64,000 nt of DNA from Utricularia gibba. Taxonomy: Eukaryota; Plantae; Magnoliophyta. Under the pieces are notes generated by a model. It had not been told where the DNA came from. It made no database searches and saw only the letters and a program-made list of their open reading frames with translations. The translations under genes and the position numbers were made by a program. The stretch is taken from positions 3,784,082 through 3,848,081 of the forward strand of contig CM007992.1 of NCBI GenBank assembly GCA_002189035.1. Reading direction: 5' to 3'. Positions 1-10,969 of the stretch are shown piece after piece (positions within the stretch are counted from its first letter, which is position 1; every line of letters begins with the position of its first letter).

Positions 1-175
1 AGAAGAGAGGGAGGTCGAAGAGTTAAAGATTGAAACAGACAATGGTCTCCAGATACAAGTGGAAAACCTAAACCTTGATCCTCCTCACCATATGTACAGC
101 AGAATTGGATCACGTCGACGCAGGGCTGAACACGATCTTGATCCTCCTCACCATATGTAAGTTACAGATTCACAA

Positions 176-1353
176 TCAGAAATCGAACCCGCCGCTACAG
201 ACATTGTCGGAAACAAGGTCGCCGAGCAACAGTCCCCCGAGGAGCCCAGCTCCCAGTCCCAGCCCCAAGTTGTTGCTTTTCTTAGTCGGTTTCGCCACTG
301 GTGGCGGTGCGTATCCCGCTTGCGGCGGAGGAGGGTATCCGTACGCAGTCGTATGCTGTTGAGGACCGTAAACTCCGGCTGGCTGCGGCGGATACGCTGT
401 CGCCGGTGGATATACTCCAATTTTTCCAGGCCCTCCATGTGGATCTGCAGGTGGGTAATCTCCCGCTGGTTGCGGGGGGTACGCCGTTGCCGGCGGATAT
501 ACTCCAGTTTTACCGGGACCCTCGAATGAATTCTGAGGTGGGTAGACTCCTGGTGGTTGGGGCGGGTACGCCGTCACTGGAGGATATACTCCAGTATTTC
601 CCGGCCCCCAATGTGGATCTGGAGGTGGGTAACCTCCGGCTAGTTGCGGGGGGTACGCTGTTGCCGGAGGATGTGCTCCAGTTTTTCCGGGGCCCTCGTA
701 TGAATTCGGAGGTGGGTAGACTCCTGTTGGTTGCGAAGGGTTCACCGTCACTGGAGGATAAACTCCAATTCCCCGGGGTTACCGTATGCACCTAGAGGTG
801 GATACGTTCCTGGTGGTGGATAAAGTGAACTGGGACTGGCTTGGTACGCCATATTTGGCTGATTTTCATGTTTTCCAGTAGTAGAGAGCTCAGGAATGGC
901 TGGTTCGTAAAGCGGAGCTGCGACGGGTTTTCCAATGAACCTGCAGGAAAACGAGATCTGGCCTTTGGATTGGCCGCCGGGCTTCCTCACCTGGTAACTG
1001 AGGAATACTTTCCCGTCGGATTTGCCTTTCGTTTGAGATAATTCCTTCAAGGCAACGCGGACTTGACCCACTTCCTTATCCCCCAATGCCCGCTGGCAAA
1101 GGAGTTTGAAATTTAGCATAAGACGATTCATTTGCAGCTCCGCGTCGTCAATAGTGAACTTCATCGGAAAATTCCAGGTTGGGTTGGCGTCTCCCTCGTG
1201 ATCGACGGAGGTCTTGATTTTCTGACTGGCTGTTTTGTTCCCGCCGGTGATGGTAACCACCGCGTAAACATCCATCCTAGTCAGCAGGTTGACTTTGCTC
1301 AAATCCTTAGCAGATAGAAGAGTGATCTCCATAACCCGATGATTCATATCCAT
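176..1353 (-). CDS. SRC2: SRC2-like C2-domain protein with Pro/Tyr/Gly-rich repeats and C-terminal hydrophobic GLGLGAGLLGGLLLGD tail; intronless; apparent 1-nt frameshift at 769-770
   Basis: ATG at 1353 opens a C2 domain (MEITLLSAKDLSKVNLLTRMDVYAVV...DHEGDANPTWNF). The frame stops at 748, but the YPP repeats and the SRC2-type C-terminus continue in another frame to the stop at 176. Restoring one A (GAATT to GAAATT) joins them. Confidence 0.85.
345..780. repeat. Coding tandem repeat of about 5 units of 87 bp (29 aa: GPGKTGVYPPATAYPPQPAGxYPP...) with alternating A/B units (174-bp higher-order period)
   Basis: Anchor motifs recur at about 427, 514, 601, 688 and 775. Unit ends alternate between NSYE/NSFE and DPHW/DPHG. 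Confidence 0.85.
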
Positions 1354-3202
1354 CCCTTCTCCCCGGACAGATTCCAAGAAACCAAAGAAAAGCTCAATTT
1401 GCGAGTTCGCGGCGAGGAGCCGAGAAGGGGAGATGTAGAGTACCCAATATACATAGAAGCCGCTGTTGACGAGTCTGCCTGCCAGGTGCCAAGGAAGAGT
1501 CAGTCCAAGTAACGTGGCCGCGTTGGCAACCTTCCGCGAGTCAAACCCTATGTTTGGAAAACAAAATATTAATAACATTTTTTTTCACGTAGTTTGACCA
1601 CTTTTTTCACACATTAAAATGAGATTGGCCACTTTTATATATCACCCTATTACTTCTGGGAACTGCTACTCTGCCCCCACATGGTGCTGGCCGTGTTTAT
1701 TGCTCTCGTTCAGCTACTGCGTACGTTGCTGCTGGAGCCTCAAGCAGCAGTCAACTGGAAGGACCATTTCCCGATAGGCCTGGCCATCCAGAATACCATG
1801 AGTATTTAATGCAGGTATCATCATCGACGACACACAGGCTGCACTGTGGACCAGCTTTGTACTTGGTCCAATGGGGATGGGGCGGCAAGCGTTGTAGTGT
1901 TTTATGCAGAAGCTTAGCCGTCTTGCTTGGATTGTTCTTCGGGCTGCGCTGAGGTATTCCTACTGTGTAAACAATGGTGCATGGAAAGTGGGGTCAGATC
2001 ACTACCTAAGACAACTTCTTTAGGCCTGAAGGAGAAGAAAGCTTCGGCGAAGCTTGAGCGGCTGGGAGCGTGGCCCTCTCTTCCCAACAAACCTATTTTA
2101 TCTCTTGCATCTCTGTAACCTAAAACCATGTTTGTATCCACAGTCCTTACCTCCTCATAGTATTTTTCATGATAAGCAATTTAAAACGAAAAAAACCACA
2201 ATGCAAGCTTTGGCTGCAAGGTAGGTTCTGCACACAATTGTAGTAACTGTACAATAAAAAGGGAAGCAAATTCAACAGTACTAAGTGCCAGAGCAAGCAT
2301 ATGTCATGAAGAAAAAAAGTGGAGCACAGATATTTGGTCTCCTGAACTAGGATATGGTAGAATACCAAATACATGAAACTTTTATGATTTATGATTTTAG
2401 CATTAATCATTTTACCATAGTGTTTTAGATGAACTCATCATCTATGTGAATTTTTCCCATCTGTTCACAAGTGGTTCACATTGCAAAAGATGTGTGCAAG
2501 TCAATTACTACAGTTGTTCTTTGTTATCATGAACTCATTCATTTCTGTCTAATTCAAATATGAGATTGCACCCCTTTTCAGACATCGTTTCAAGCAAGAG
2601 GAATCTTAAATACCTCAAAGATACCATACGTATGCATAACAACAATCAGCAAGATGTGCTGTTATTCATTCCCTTGATAATGTATACGTACCAAGGAGGG
2701 ATGATGGAGTTGCACTCTGACTGAGGGGTTGGCTATAATGCTGCTCGGAGACTTTTCACCAATTCCTTGGCAATTAAGTTGAATTCTTTCTCCATCTGAA
2801 TGATTAAGATAGATAAACGGGTGGCTGAGTTTGATCTCTACAAAGACGACTGTCTGATCAGTGTTTTACTTTTAGTATTACCTCTGCGATGATGGTAACG
2901 TCGATGGCCAAGCTTCCAAAAGGGGTGACATTGGTGTTCATGACCACCAAATTGAGCATCTCTACTTTGCTGAGCAATTTCACCATGATCCCTTTTTGTT
3001 TCTCGCAATGAACTCTCACGAGAATAAGATTGTGGCATACTCTGGCCTCGACCTCTGGAAGAGAGTGCTTCGATTCGCCCTCCTCCATGATCTGCGATTT
3101 TTTAACCAGAACTACTGATTCCATCCTTTGTTTAGTTGTATGTTCTTTCAGCATCTTCACTTTCTCTTGAAGGTGCTTCAGATACTTGATCACATCCCCA
3201 AG

Positions 3203-3692
3203 TGTTGCGAATTTTGTGACCAATTATCTTGTTAGCGCGATCAAATGAGCAAAACAGAAAACCAAGAACCCAGAAATTTTAACGTGGAAAACCAAAAGAG
3301 GTAAAAACCACAAGTGCTTGTCACACCAGACCGAAACCGCTTCACTAGTCACCAAGTTTCGTTTACAGGAGCAGAACCGCTTCAAGAAAACAGGCTCTAC
3401 CGGCCAGATGTTATTCTTCCAGAAAATGGGATGTAGTCATCGCCTTCTCCATTCACAGATTGGAGGTATATCCAGGTGGTGGGCAATTCGATCGCCGATC
3501 AAGAATTCTCAGATGCTGAACTCCTGCTGCCCTCCCCTGAGTTTCTACGACAAAAACTGCTATAAACAGTCACACTCTTGGAGCAGATTTATAGTTTCAT
3601 TGTTTGGTCTTTAATGCTTAAACTTAAGCTGGATTTGGGCCAAGACAATTGATCTCCAGCTCATTTGGGCTTGTGGTACTGTCAGCCCAACA
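3203..3692 (-). repeat. 3-prime LTR of the copia element
   Basis: Direct repeat of 7987-8478, bounded by TGTTG...CAACA and adjacent to the PPT. Confidence 0.95.
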
Positions 3693-3710
3693 ATTCCCTC
3701 CCTCCAGCTT
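3693..3710 (-). promoter_or_regulatory. Polypurine tract
   Basis: Minus strand AAGCTGGAGGGAGGGAAT immediately before the 3-prime LTR. Confidence 0.85.
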
Positions 3711-6700
3711 ACGTTTGGTATGAATTTCCAGCTTCCATCAGTCCCAACTTGCTCATATGAGACTGAAGTTTAGCGGAGGGCAGAAGTTTTGTAAGCACAT
3801 ATGCGATATTTTCATTGGTGTCGATCTTTTCCAAGTTGACATCTCCTGATGTAATGACGTTTCTGATCCAGTGCCATCTGACATCAATATGTTTAGTTCT
3901 GGAATGGAAGGTTGCGTTCTTGCTGAGTTGGATGGCACTTTGACAATCAGAGTATACTGCAGGCCTTTCTTTCTGGAGGCCAAACTCATCCATGATCCTT
4001 CCAAGCCATAGGGCTTCCTTCACACCCTCTGTTAAGGCCATATACTCAGCCTTGATTGTGGACAGAGCAACTGTTTTTTGCAGGCGTGAGCTTCATGTAA
4101 CAGCAGCTCCAGCAACCACACTGACCATTCCTGTTGTTGATTTTCTTGAGTCAATATCTCCTGCCATATCAGCATCTATGTACACTTGAGGGCTGATGCT
4201 TCCTTTTCCATAGCTCAGTTTGTAGTCTCTTGTACCTTTAATGTAACACAACAGCCATTTTACACCTTCCCAATGTTGTTTTCCAGGATTCTCCATATAC
4301 CTGCTTATCATACTTACAGCATATGCTATATCTGGTCGAGTGCAGACCATGAGATACATCAGTGATCCAACGCAGAGGAGTAAGGTAACTATTTCATTAC
4401 CTCCCTTTCAACTTCAGTTTTGGGACACATAAGGGATGAGAGTTTCAGGTGTCCAGGGAGTGGTCCCAACACTGGTTTTGCTCCTTCCATCCGGAATTTC
4501 TTGAGGATAGAATCAATGTAATTACCCTGAGATAGGCTCAAGGTCATCTTGGCTCTGTCTATGGTGATTTCTATTCCTAAGATTTTCTTAGCCTTGCCCA
4601 CATCTTTCATCTCAAAGACAGTGGCCATTTCTTTCTTCAGCTCTTGAATTAGTGACATATTTGGACTGGCAATGAGCATATCATCTACGTACAAGAGCAG
4701 GAAGATGCATTCACCTTTTTCATTTTTCTTCCAGTAAGCACAGTGATCTCGTTCACACCTCTTGAATCTAGTGTTTTCCATGAAGGTGTTAAATTTCTGA
4801 TACCACTGGCGAGGTGCCTGCTTTAGTCTATACAGACTTCTTCTAAGTCTGCACACGAGATCCTCTTTTCCATGTTCTGAAAAACCTTCAACTTGCCTCA
4901 TATACAATTCTTCATCAAGGTCACCATGTAGGAACGCGGTTTTGATATCTAGCTGTTCAAGTTCCCAGTTCAGATGAGCTGTTAGAGACAATATGAGTCT
5001 TACCGTGTTCAACTTCACAACTGGAGAGAAAATTTCTTCATGGTCTAAGCCCTTCTTCTGCCGGTACCCCTTTACAACTATCCTTGCTTTATATCTGGTA
5101 CTACCGTCAGGATTGTGTTTCAGCTTGAATATCCATCGATTTTCTAAAGGAGCTTTTCCAGCAGGCAATTTTACAAGGTCATAGGTGCTGTTTTTCCTTA
5201 GAGACATTATTTCTTCCTGCATTGCCTCCATCCATTTCTCTCTTTCAGGTGAGTTTAGAGCTTCCCTTACTGTCTGCGGTTCTCCCTCTTTAGTTATTAA
5301 AGCAACATCAAGCAAGTCTTCTCTGCTCAGGTCATATTCTGTTTCAGGATATCTTGATGAGGGAACACGTTGTCTCAAAGATCTTCTCACATTAGGCACT
5401 TCCCTTTGATCTGAGTTCTCAACAAGTTGAGAAGTTAGTTTTGGTTCTGATGACCTACTTGGTGAACTAGAGCAGTCCAGCCTTTCTGAATTTTCAGGTG
5501 TTAATTTTACCTTCATTACCTGATTCGTGTCATTTTGTCCTGGTATGTCAAGAATAGTTTCAGTTTCCAAAAATCTCACATCCCGGGACCGGATTAATTT
5601 TTGGTTGATGGGGTCCCATAATCTATAACCCATCTGATCTCCTCCATAACCCAAAAATATACAGACTTGCGATCTTTCATCCAACTTGTGTCTGTGGTCC
5701 TTCAAGATATGAGCATAGGCCTTGCAGCCAAATACCCGCAAGTGATTATAGCTTGGTACCCTTCCCGTCCATACTTCTTGTGGAGATTTGAACTTTAGTG
5801 CTGTCTTAGGTGATCTGTTGGATAAGTAGCAGGCTGTATGCAAGGCCTCCCCCCAGAAATGTTTGGGGAGTTTTGCTGATTTCAGCATAGATCTCACTTT
5901 GTCAAGAAGGGTTCGATTGAACCTTTTAGCCACAGCATTGTGGGCGGGAGTACCAAGGATTGTGGCAACCTTTCTGATTCCCAAATGTACGCAGTATTCC
6001 TCAAACTCTTGAGAACAGTATTCTCCTTAGTTATCGGATTTAAACTTCTTCAATCTTTTACCCATCTCTCTTTCAAGCCTAGGAAGCAATTCTTTGAAGC
6101 AGTCAAGTACATCACTCTTCCTTTCAATCAGATAGATCCATGCCTTCCTGGAAGAGTCATCTATGAAGGAGACATAGAAGCGCTTACCAGACCCTAAGGC
6201 CACATTGACAGGTCCTCCAACGTCCGATAGCATCAAGTCTAGAATCTTTGTGCTTTTCTCTAGTCTGCTCGTAAAAGGTAATCTATGATGCTTTCCTATT
6301 ATGCTGCTTTCACAAACCTTGTTTCCTGATTTTACCTTTTTGACAAGTCCCTGTTGCATTAGGTGTTTCAAGCCTGCGTCTGCAATATGACTAAGTCTTT
6401 TATGCCACAAGGTATAGTCTGAATCACTTCCACTCACCAGATTAAAACTTGATACATCATATTCAACAACTGTTTTATACAATGACAATGTTCCTTCCAT
6501 TCACCGAGTCTTTTATGCCACAAGATATAGTCTGAATCACTTCCAATCACCCCGTTAGCAATCTCCAATGACCCTTAGAAAATGTGCTGGTGAATCCAGC
6601 TTTGTCCAGGTTGTTCACCGACATGAGATTCATGCGTATATCAGGTACATGTCTCACATTTTCTAGCATGAGGACATGTCCACAATTCGTTTTTATCAGT

Positions 6701-7817
6701 AGCTCTCCCAATCCTACGATTTTTGCTTCTGAGGAGTTTCCCATTTTTACAGATCCATGATCTCCTGCATGGTAGTTTATGCGATGGTCCTTTGAGGGGT
6801 TGCATGATAGCTGGCCGCTGAGTCGATGATCCACAATTCTTCCGGGGGAGCAATCCTAGATTCTGCAGTTAGCAGGACCAATAGTTCCTCTTGGTTTGAG
6901 TTTCCCAACATCCTTTGATTGGAGCTATAGGCATGCTCGGTTAAAACCAGAATTTCTTCTTCAACTTCAGTGGTAAAGGCAGCATCCTCTCCTTTGAATT
7001 TGTTTTTATTGTTATCATCCTTGTCAGATTGTTGCGTGCACAGCCAATATCTGCATTGTCTCTTGAGATGCCCCAATTTTTTGCAATAAAAACAAGACCT
7101 GGTTTCCTTTTGTGCATCTTTCTTTGGTTCTGAGGGTTGGTCTCTACGATTCTGGCCCTTTTGTTTTGATTCCTTCTTGAACCTACCATGTCCTTTGTAT
7201 CTGGTGTTTCCTTTGTGCTCTGTGACTGTTAGTGTTCCCTTGGAGGTTGATCCATTTGAGAGACGCCGTTGTTCTTCTTGCAGGAGAGCATTTGCCACTC
7301 TGTCAAACTCTAATTTGTCCAGGGAATTGTTGCTGAGAGTGATCACCATCGTCTCCCAACTTGGTGGTAGAGTGTCCAGGAGTTTGATAGCTTGTGTTTC
7401 ATCATCAAAAGACATACCAGCAGCTATCATGCGATCTGCAATTTCTTGGAAATTACTGAGATGTTCAGCCATTGAACCTCCATCTTTGAACTTCAGGTTG
7501 GACAGCCTTTAATCCAGCATTATTTTGTTTTGAGGGTTGTTTGGTTGATAAATTTCCTCCAATTTATTCCACAACAGCTGGGCGTCTTCAAACTTTGAGA
7601 TCTTATGTTGAATGGTTCTCTCAACATGTAGTAGTATGTACGATGCTGCTTTCAGGTGTAAGTCATTCCAGTCATCAGCTTGAAGTTTTTCTGGTTTGGC
7701 TTTCCCCAACACTACAGGTTTCCAGAGATCCTTGCAAACAAGAAGAGCCTTCATTGTAGATTTCCATGTGGCATAGTTCTGGGAGTTCAGTTTAAGCACA
7801 GACATTGATTCTTCCAT
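3709..7817 (-). pseudogene. Decayed copia gag-pol polyprotein
   Basis: Gag (MEESMSVLKLNSQNYATWK...), zinc knuckle CFYCKKLGHLKRQC, protease WIIDSAASYH, GAG-pre-integrase LWHKRLSH, integrase, RT LLYVDD and RNase H SRTKHIDVRWH. In-frame stops at 7509 and 6027; frameshifts near 6780, 4390 and 4090-4040. Confidence 0.93.
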
Positions 7818-7972
7818 TTCCAGTTAAAGAGTCGTGGCCTTAATCAGACAAGACTTAGCATATCAGAAAGATTTAAGAAGACCAGCAGCCTATTTATGGC
7901 CAAGAAACTAAAGTATATGGTGGTAGAAAATAGCAACAAATCAGAATTTATCCCAAGAACTTGCAGCCTTCA

Positions 7973-7983
7973 CTCTGATACCA
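7973..7983 (-). promoter_or_regulatory. Primer-binding site (tRNA-iMet type)
   Basis: Minus strand TGGTATCAGAG, 3 nt inside the 5-prime LTR; this is the canonical plant copia PBS. Confidence 0.9.
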
Positions 7984-7986
7984 GTT

Positions 7987-8478
7987 TGTTGCGAATTTTG
8001 TGACCAATTATCTTGTTAGCGCGATCAAATGAGCAAAACAGAAAACCAAGAACCCATAAATTTTAACGTGGAAAACCAAAAGAGGTAAAAACCACAAGTG
8101 CTTGTCACACCAGACCGAAACCGCTTCACTAGTCACCAAGTTTCGTTTACAGGAGCAAAACATCTTCAAGAAAACAGGCTCTACCGGCCAGATGTTATTC
8201 TTCCAAAAAAATGGGATGTAGTCATCGCCTTCTCTGTTCACATATCGGAGGTATATCCAAGTGGTGGGGCAATTCGATCGCCAATCAAGAATTCTCAGCT
8301 GCTGAACTCCTGCTGCCCTCCCCTGAGTTTCTACGACAAAAACTACTGTAAACGGTAACACTCCTGGAACATATTTATAGTCTCATTGTTTGGTCTTTAA
8401 TGCTTAAACTTAAGCTGGATTTGAGTCAAGACAATTGATCTCCAGCTCATTTGGGCTTGTGGTATTGTCAGCCCAACA
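7987..8478 (-). repeat. 5-prime LTR of the copia element
   Basis: Direct repeat of 3203-3692 (hand count about 23 substitutions plus 2 one-base indels), followed on the minus strand by the PBS. Confidence 0.95.
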
Positions 8479-9796
8479 CCAAGAACAGACGTTTTGTCAA
8501 GTTGCCAAATCAACACACGGTCAATCCATTCTCCTGCCTGGAAATAACGATAATATGTTTTCTCTGAATGAATGCATCAATTTGATTTACTTTCTTGAGT
8601 CCGGGGACGATGGTGGATAGCGCCACAAATTTCTGACTGAGCTGCTCGCGCCTCTTTCTCTCGGCAATTATGTGATCATATATTTGCGATGGCGGCCTAA
8701 CACGACTGCTCTTTTTACCCTTTCTCATTTTCAACTGCTCTTCATGGGAACCTGTGGGACTCATGACTTCTTAGACAGCTGCCTCTTCTACTAGATTCAG
8801 CTTCAGATTCTCTCCGTCTGCTTTACCAAAACTGAGAATCACGGGAGTCGATGCAGGATTTGGTGGCTTTGGATTTACAGTAGAGAAGCTGTTGGGTTTC
8901 AACTGTTTCGTCGGCCGCTCAGTTTCGAAGATTAATGAATCCTGGCAGGGAGAACTGCACATAGAAGTTACGGAAATGGTGCTGCAGATGTCGATCAGAT
9001 TAGAGGATTCAGGGGACGAGTTCCCCGAGGAGAAACATGCCTCTAACTCCGGCCCAGCTGCGACTTCTTCGTCCATGAGGAAATCAAACTGCTGATCTAT
9101 GAAGACGCAACCACCTAACCCCTGATGTTCAAAAACGAATCATTTAGATGGGATTTCACGAAACAAAACTTTTTGTCAAGCCTGAACCAAACACAGTGAA
9201 GAAGAAAGAAGGTTACCATTTCTGCGAGCCATGAAGCATCAGGGGAATCCATTGCAGTGGTGAAGTAGCTCGCTGCCCTGCATATGCATGTACCAGTAAA
9301 TAGTAATGGATATTTATATACAGTAGTTATGATGTTTTTCTGAGGCCAGCAATGGAAGTGGGATTCGTCTAATCTCCACTACCCCTAGATTTTATGGACA
9401 CCGTTGCTCCCCAGTACCGCCATCACAAAACTCATGGTAAAGAAAAACTTCAAGGGATGAAGACGAATCATGTCTGTGACTGTGTTCAAAACTCATCCAA
9501 GCGGCTTTCTTTTTTGTGCGGTGCATAATATAACCTCAGTTTTGGAAGCATGGGGCCATTGCTGTTCAAATTTCAAGACAATGCCGTTGTCTTGTCTAGC
9601 TTTGGGAATGCTTGACAGTCAAATCACGTTGAAGGGAAAGGACTGGCGTAAGTTCTTTTACAAAAAGAAACAGTCTTGCATCAAGTGTACTACAAAGAAG
9701 CATCAGAACATCAAGGAACAAGCCAACCGACATAGACAAACAATGACAAGGGATGCAAAGCGGCACAGCCTGATGACGGATCCTATGTGAAACTGA

Positions 9797-10493
9797 TTAA
9801 CTGCGGACGATGCCAGTGTCTTCCCTCAGAGCTGAAAGGATAGCAGCAGCGATGTCTTGGGCAGGGGGCGGTGAAGCGAATCTTGGTTCATCTAGCAGGG
9901 AAACCAACTCACATCCGTTAATCACTAAAGAAAACAAAACAACCAAAAGTGAAAAGGCTGAGATCACCTCAGCCACGATGGTAGCGTGAAGGAGCGAGCC
10001 CCCAAATGGTACAACGTTGACGCTAACGACTGTGAGATTGAAATTGTCCAGCTCGGATAGAACCTTGACCAAGACGCTTTTGCGTTTCATGCAGTGCAGT
10101 TTGAGGAGGAGCGAGTTCTGGTTATACACCTTGGCCTCAACTTCCGGTAGCACATGGCCCGTGGCGTCGTCAGTTGGTTGCTCCGCGGCTTGGGATTCTT
10201 CAAGTAGCTTGACTCTTCGGGTGAGGTAATTAATAGAGTCGATGAGCTCCCCGACAAGAGCAACTTGCGGGTCTTGGTCTTGTTCTTGTTCTCTACTCCC
10301 CATCCTGGATGGTGCGCGGATATGGGGGAAGGATCAGAAACCCAGGAAAGACGATTGGGTGGGAATCCAATAGAGGAAGTGGAAATTGGGGATTTCTCGG
10401 CCGAAATGTCCGGTGGGGGGGCCGATCGGACAAGAAAGCAACAGCATTCTGCATCATCGCCATCTTTGCCCTTACTTTCTTCTCCAATTCCAT
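9797..10493 (-). CDS. Atypical bHLH IVa paralog: helix 2 plus ACT-like domain with degenerate or absent basic region
   Basis: 10303-9968 encodes ...VGELIDSINYLTRRVKLLEE (helix 2-like) and LPEVEAKV...LLKLHC...VLVKVLSEL...LTVVSVNVVPFGGSLLHATIVAE (ACT-like, same as both neighbours), with the same GAG|gt donor. The possible first exon 10493-10432 is inferred, and the frame of the last exon is uncertain. Confidence 0.6.
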
Positions 10494-10969
10494 TTATGGG
10501 CTCGCCATCAGCGAAAGGAGAGCTTGAAATTTTAAATTAATAACGTAGAAAAGGTCATTTTTCCTTTTTTTTTTTTATAATAATTAGTCGCTGGGACGCG
10601 ACGCGAGATAATAAACGACACTTGACGGACACGTCGAGATCAAAAACCAGCAACCAGCCACTAGTTTTATCAACCGTTATGGGTGGTCAGTATGTCGTTC
10701 GTTACATGAGTGGTCAACCAGCCGCTATTCCAACTCATTTCTTCTCACTTGAGTGGGGGTTACTTTATGTGTTTTTTTGGATGCAACACACCACAATGAG
10801 CAGCAACTTTGCATAACACACAGAACAGAAATCACACCGCAATCGGTGAACTACTCGGGATTTCTCCCTACCGACAGAATTTTGTATCTTTCATCCTCAA
10901 CCATCACAGCAACGTGCATAAGGGGTATGCTAGGCACAACGTGGCCCAGCGCCAACCTCCAGCCACTGC

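Larger units (their letters stand above)
3203..8478 (-). mobile_element. Full-length, non-functional Ty1/copia LTR retrotransposon (5276 bp)
   Basis: Two about 490-bp LTRs with TG...CA ends; 5-bp TSD CCAAG at 3198-3202 and 8479-8483; PBS and PPT present; domain order gag, protease, integrase, RT (YVDD), RNase H. Confidence 0.97.
2733..9252 (-). pseudogene. Clade IVa (bHLH18/19/20/25-like) bHLH transcription factor with C-terminal ACT-like domain, disrupted by an LTR retrotransposon
   Basis: Exons: 9252-9217 (MDSPDASWLAEM), 9121-8591 (...QIYDHIIAERKRREQLSQKFVALSTIVPGLKK; in-frame TAA at 8771-8773), 8501-8479 plus 3197-2882 (LDKTSVLG|DVIKYLKHLQEKVK...ACT-like) and 2795-2733 (MEKEFNLIAKELVKSLRAAL*). 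The exon 3 acceptor reads CAA instead of CAG. Confidence 0.9.

Noticed and set aside
75-795. Plus-strand ORFs 75-362, 301-795 and 320-529
   Set aside because: Antisense shadows of the GC-rich SRC2 repeat region; no independent motifs.
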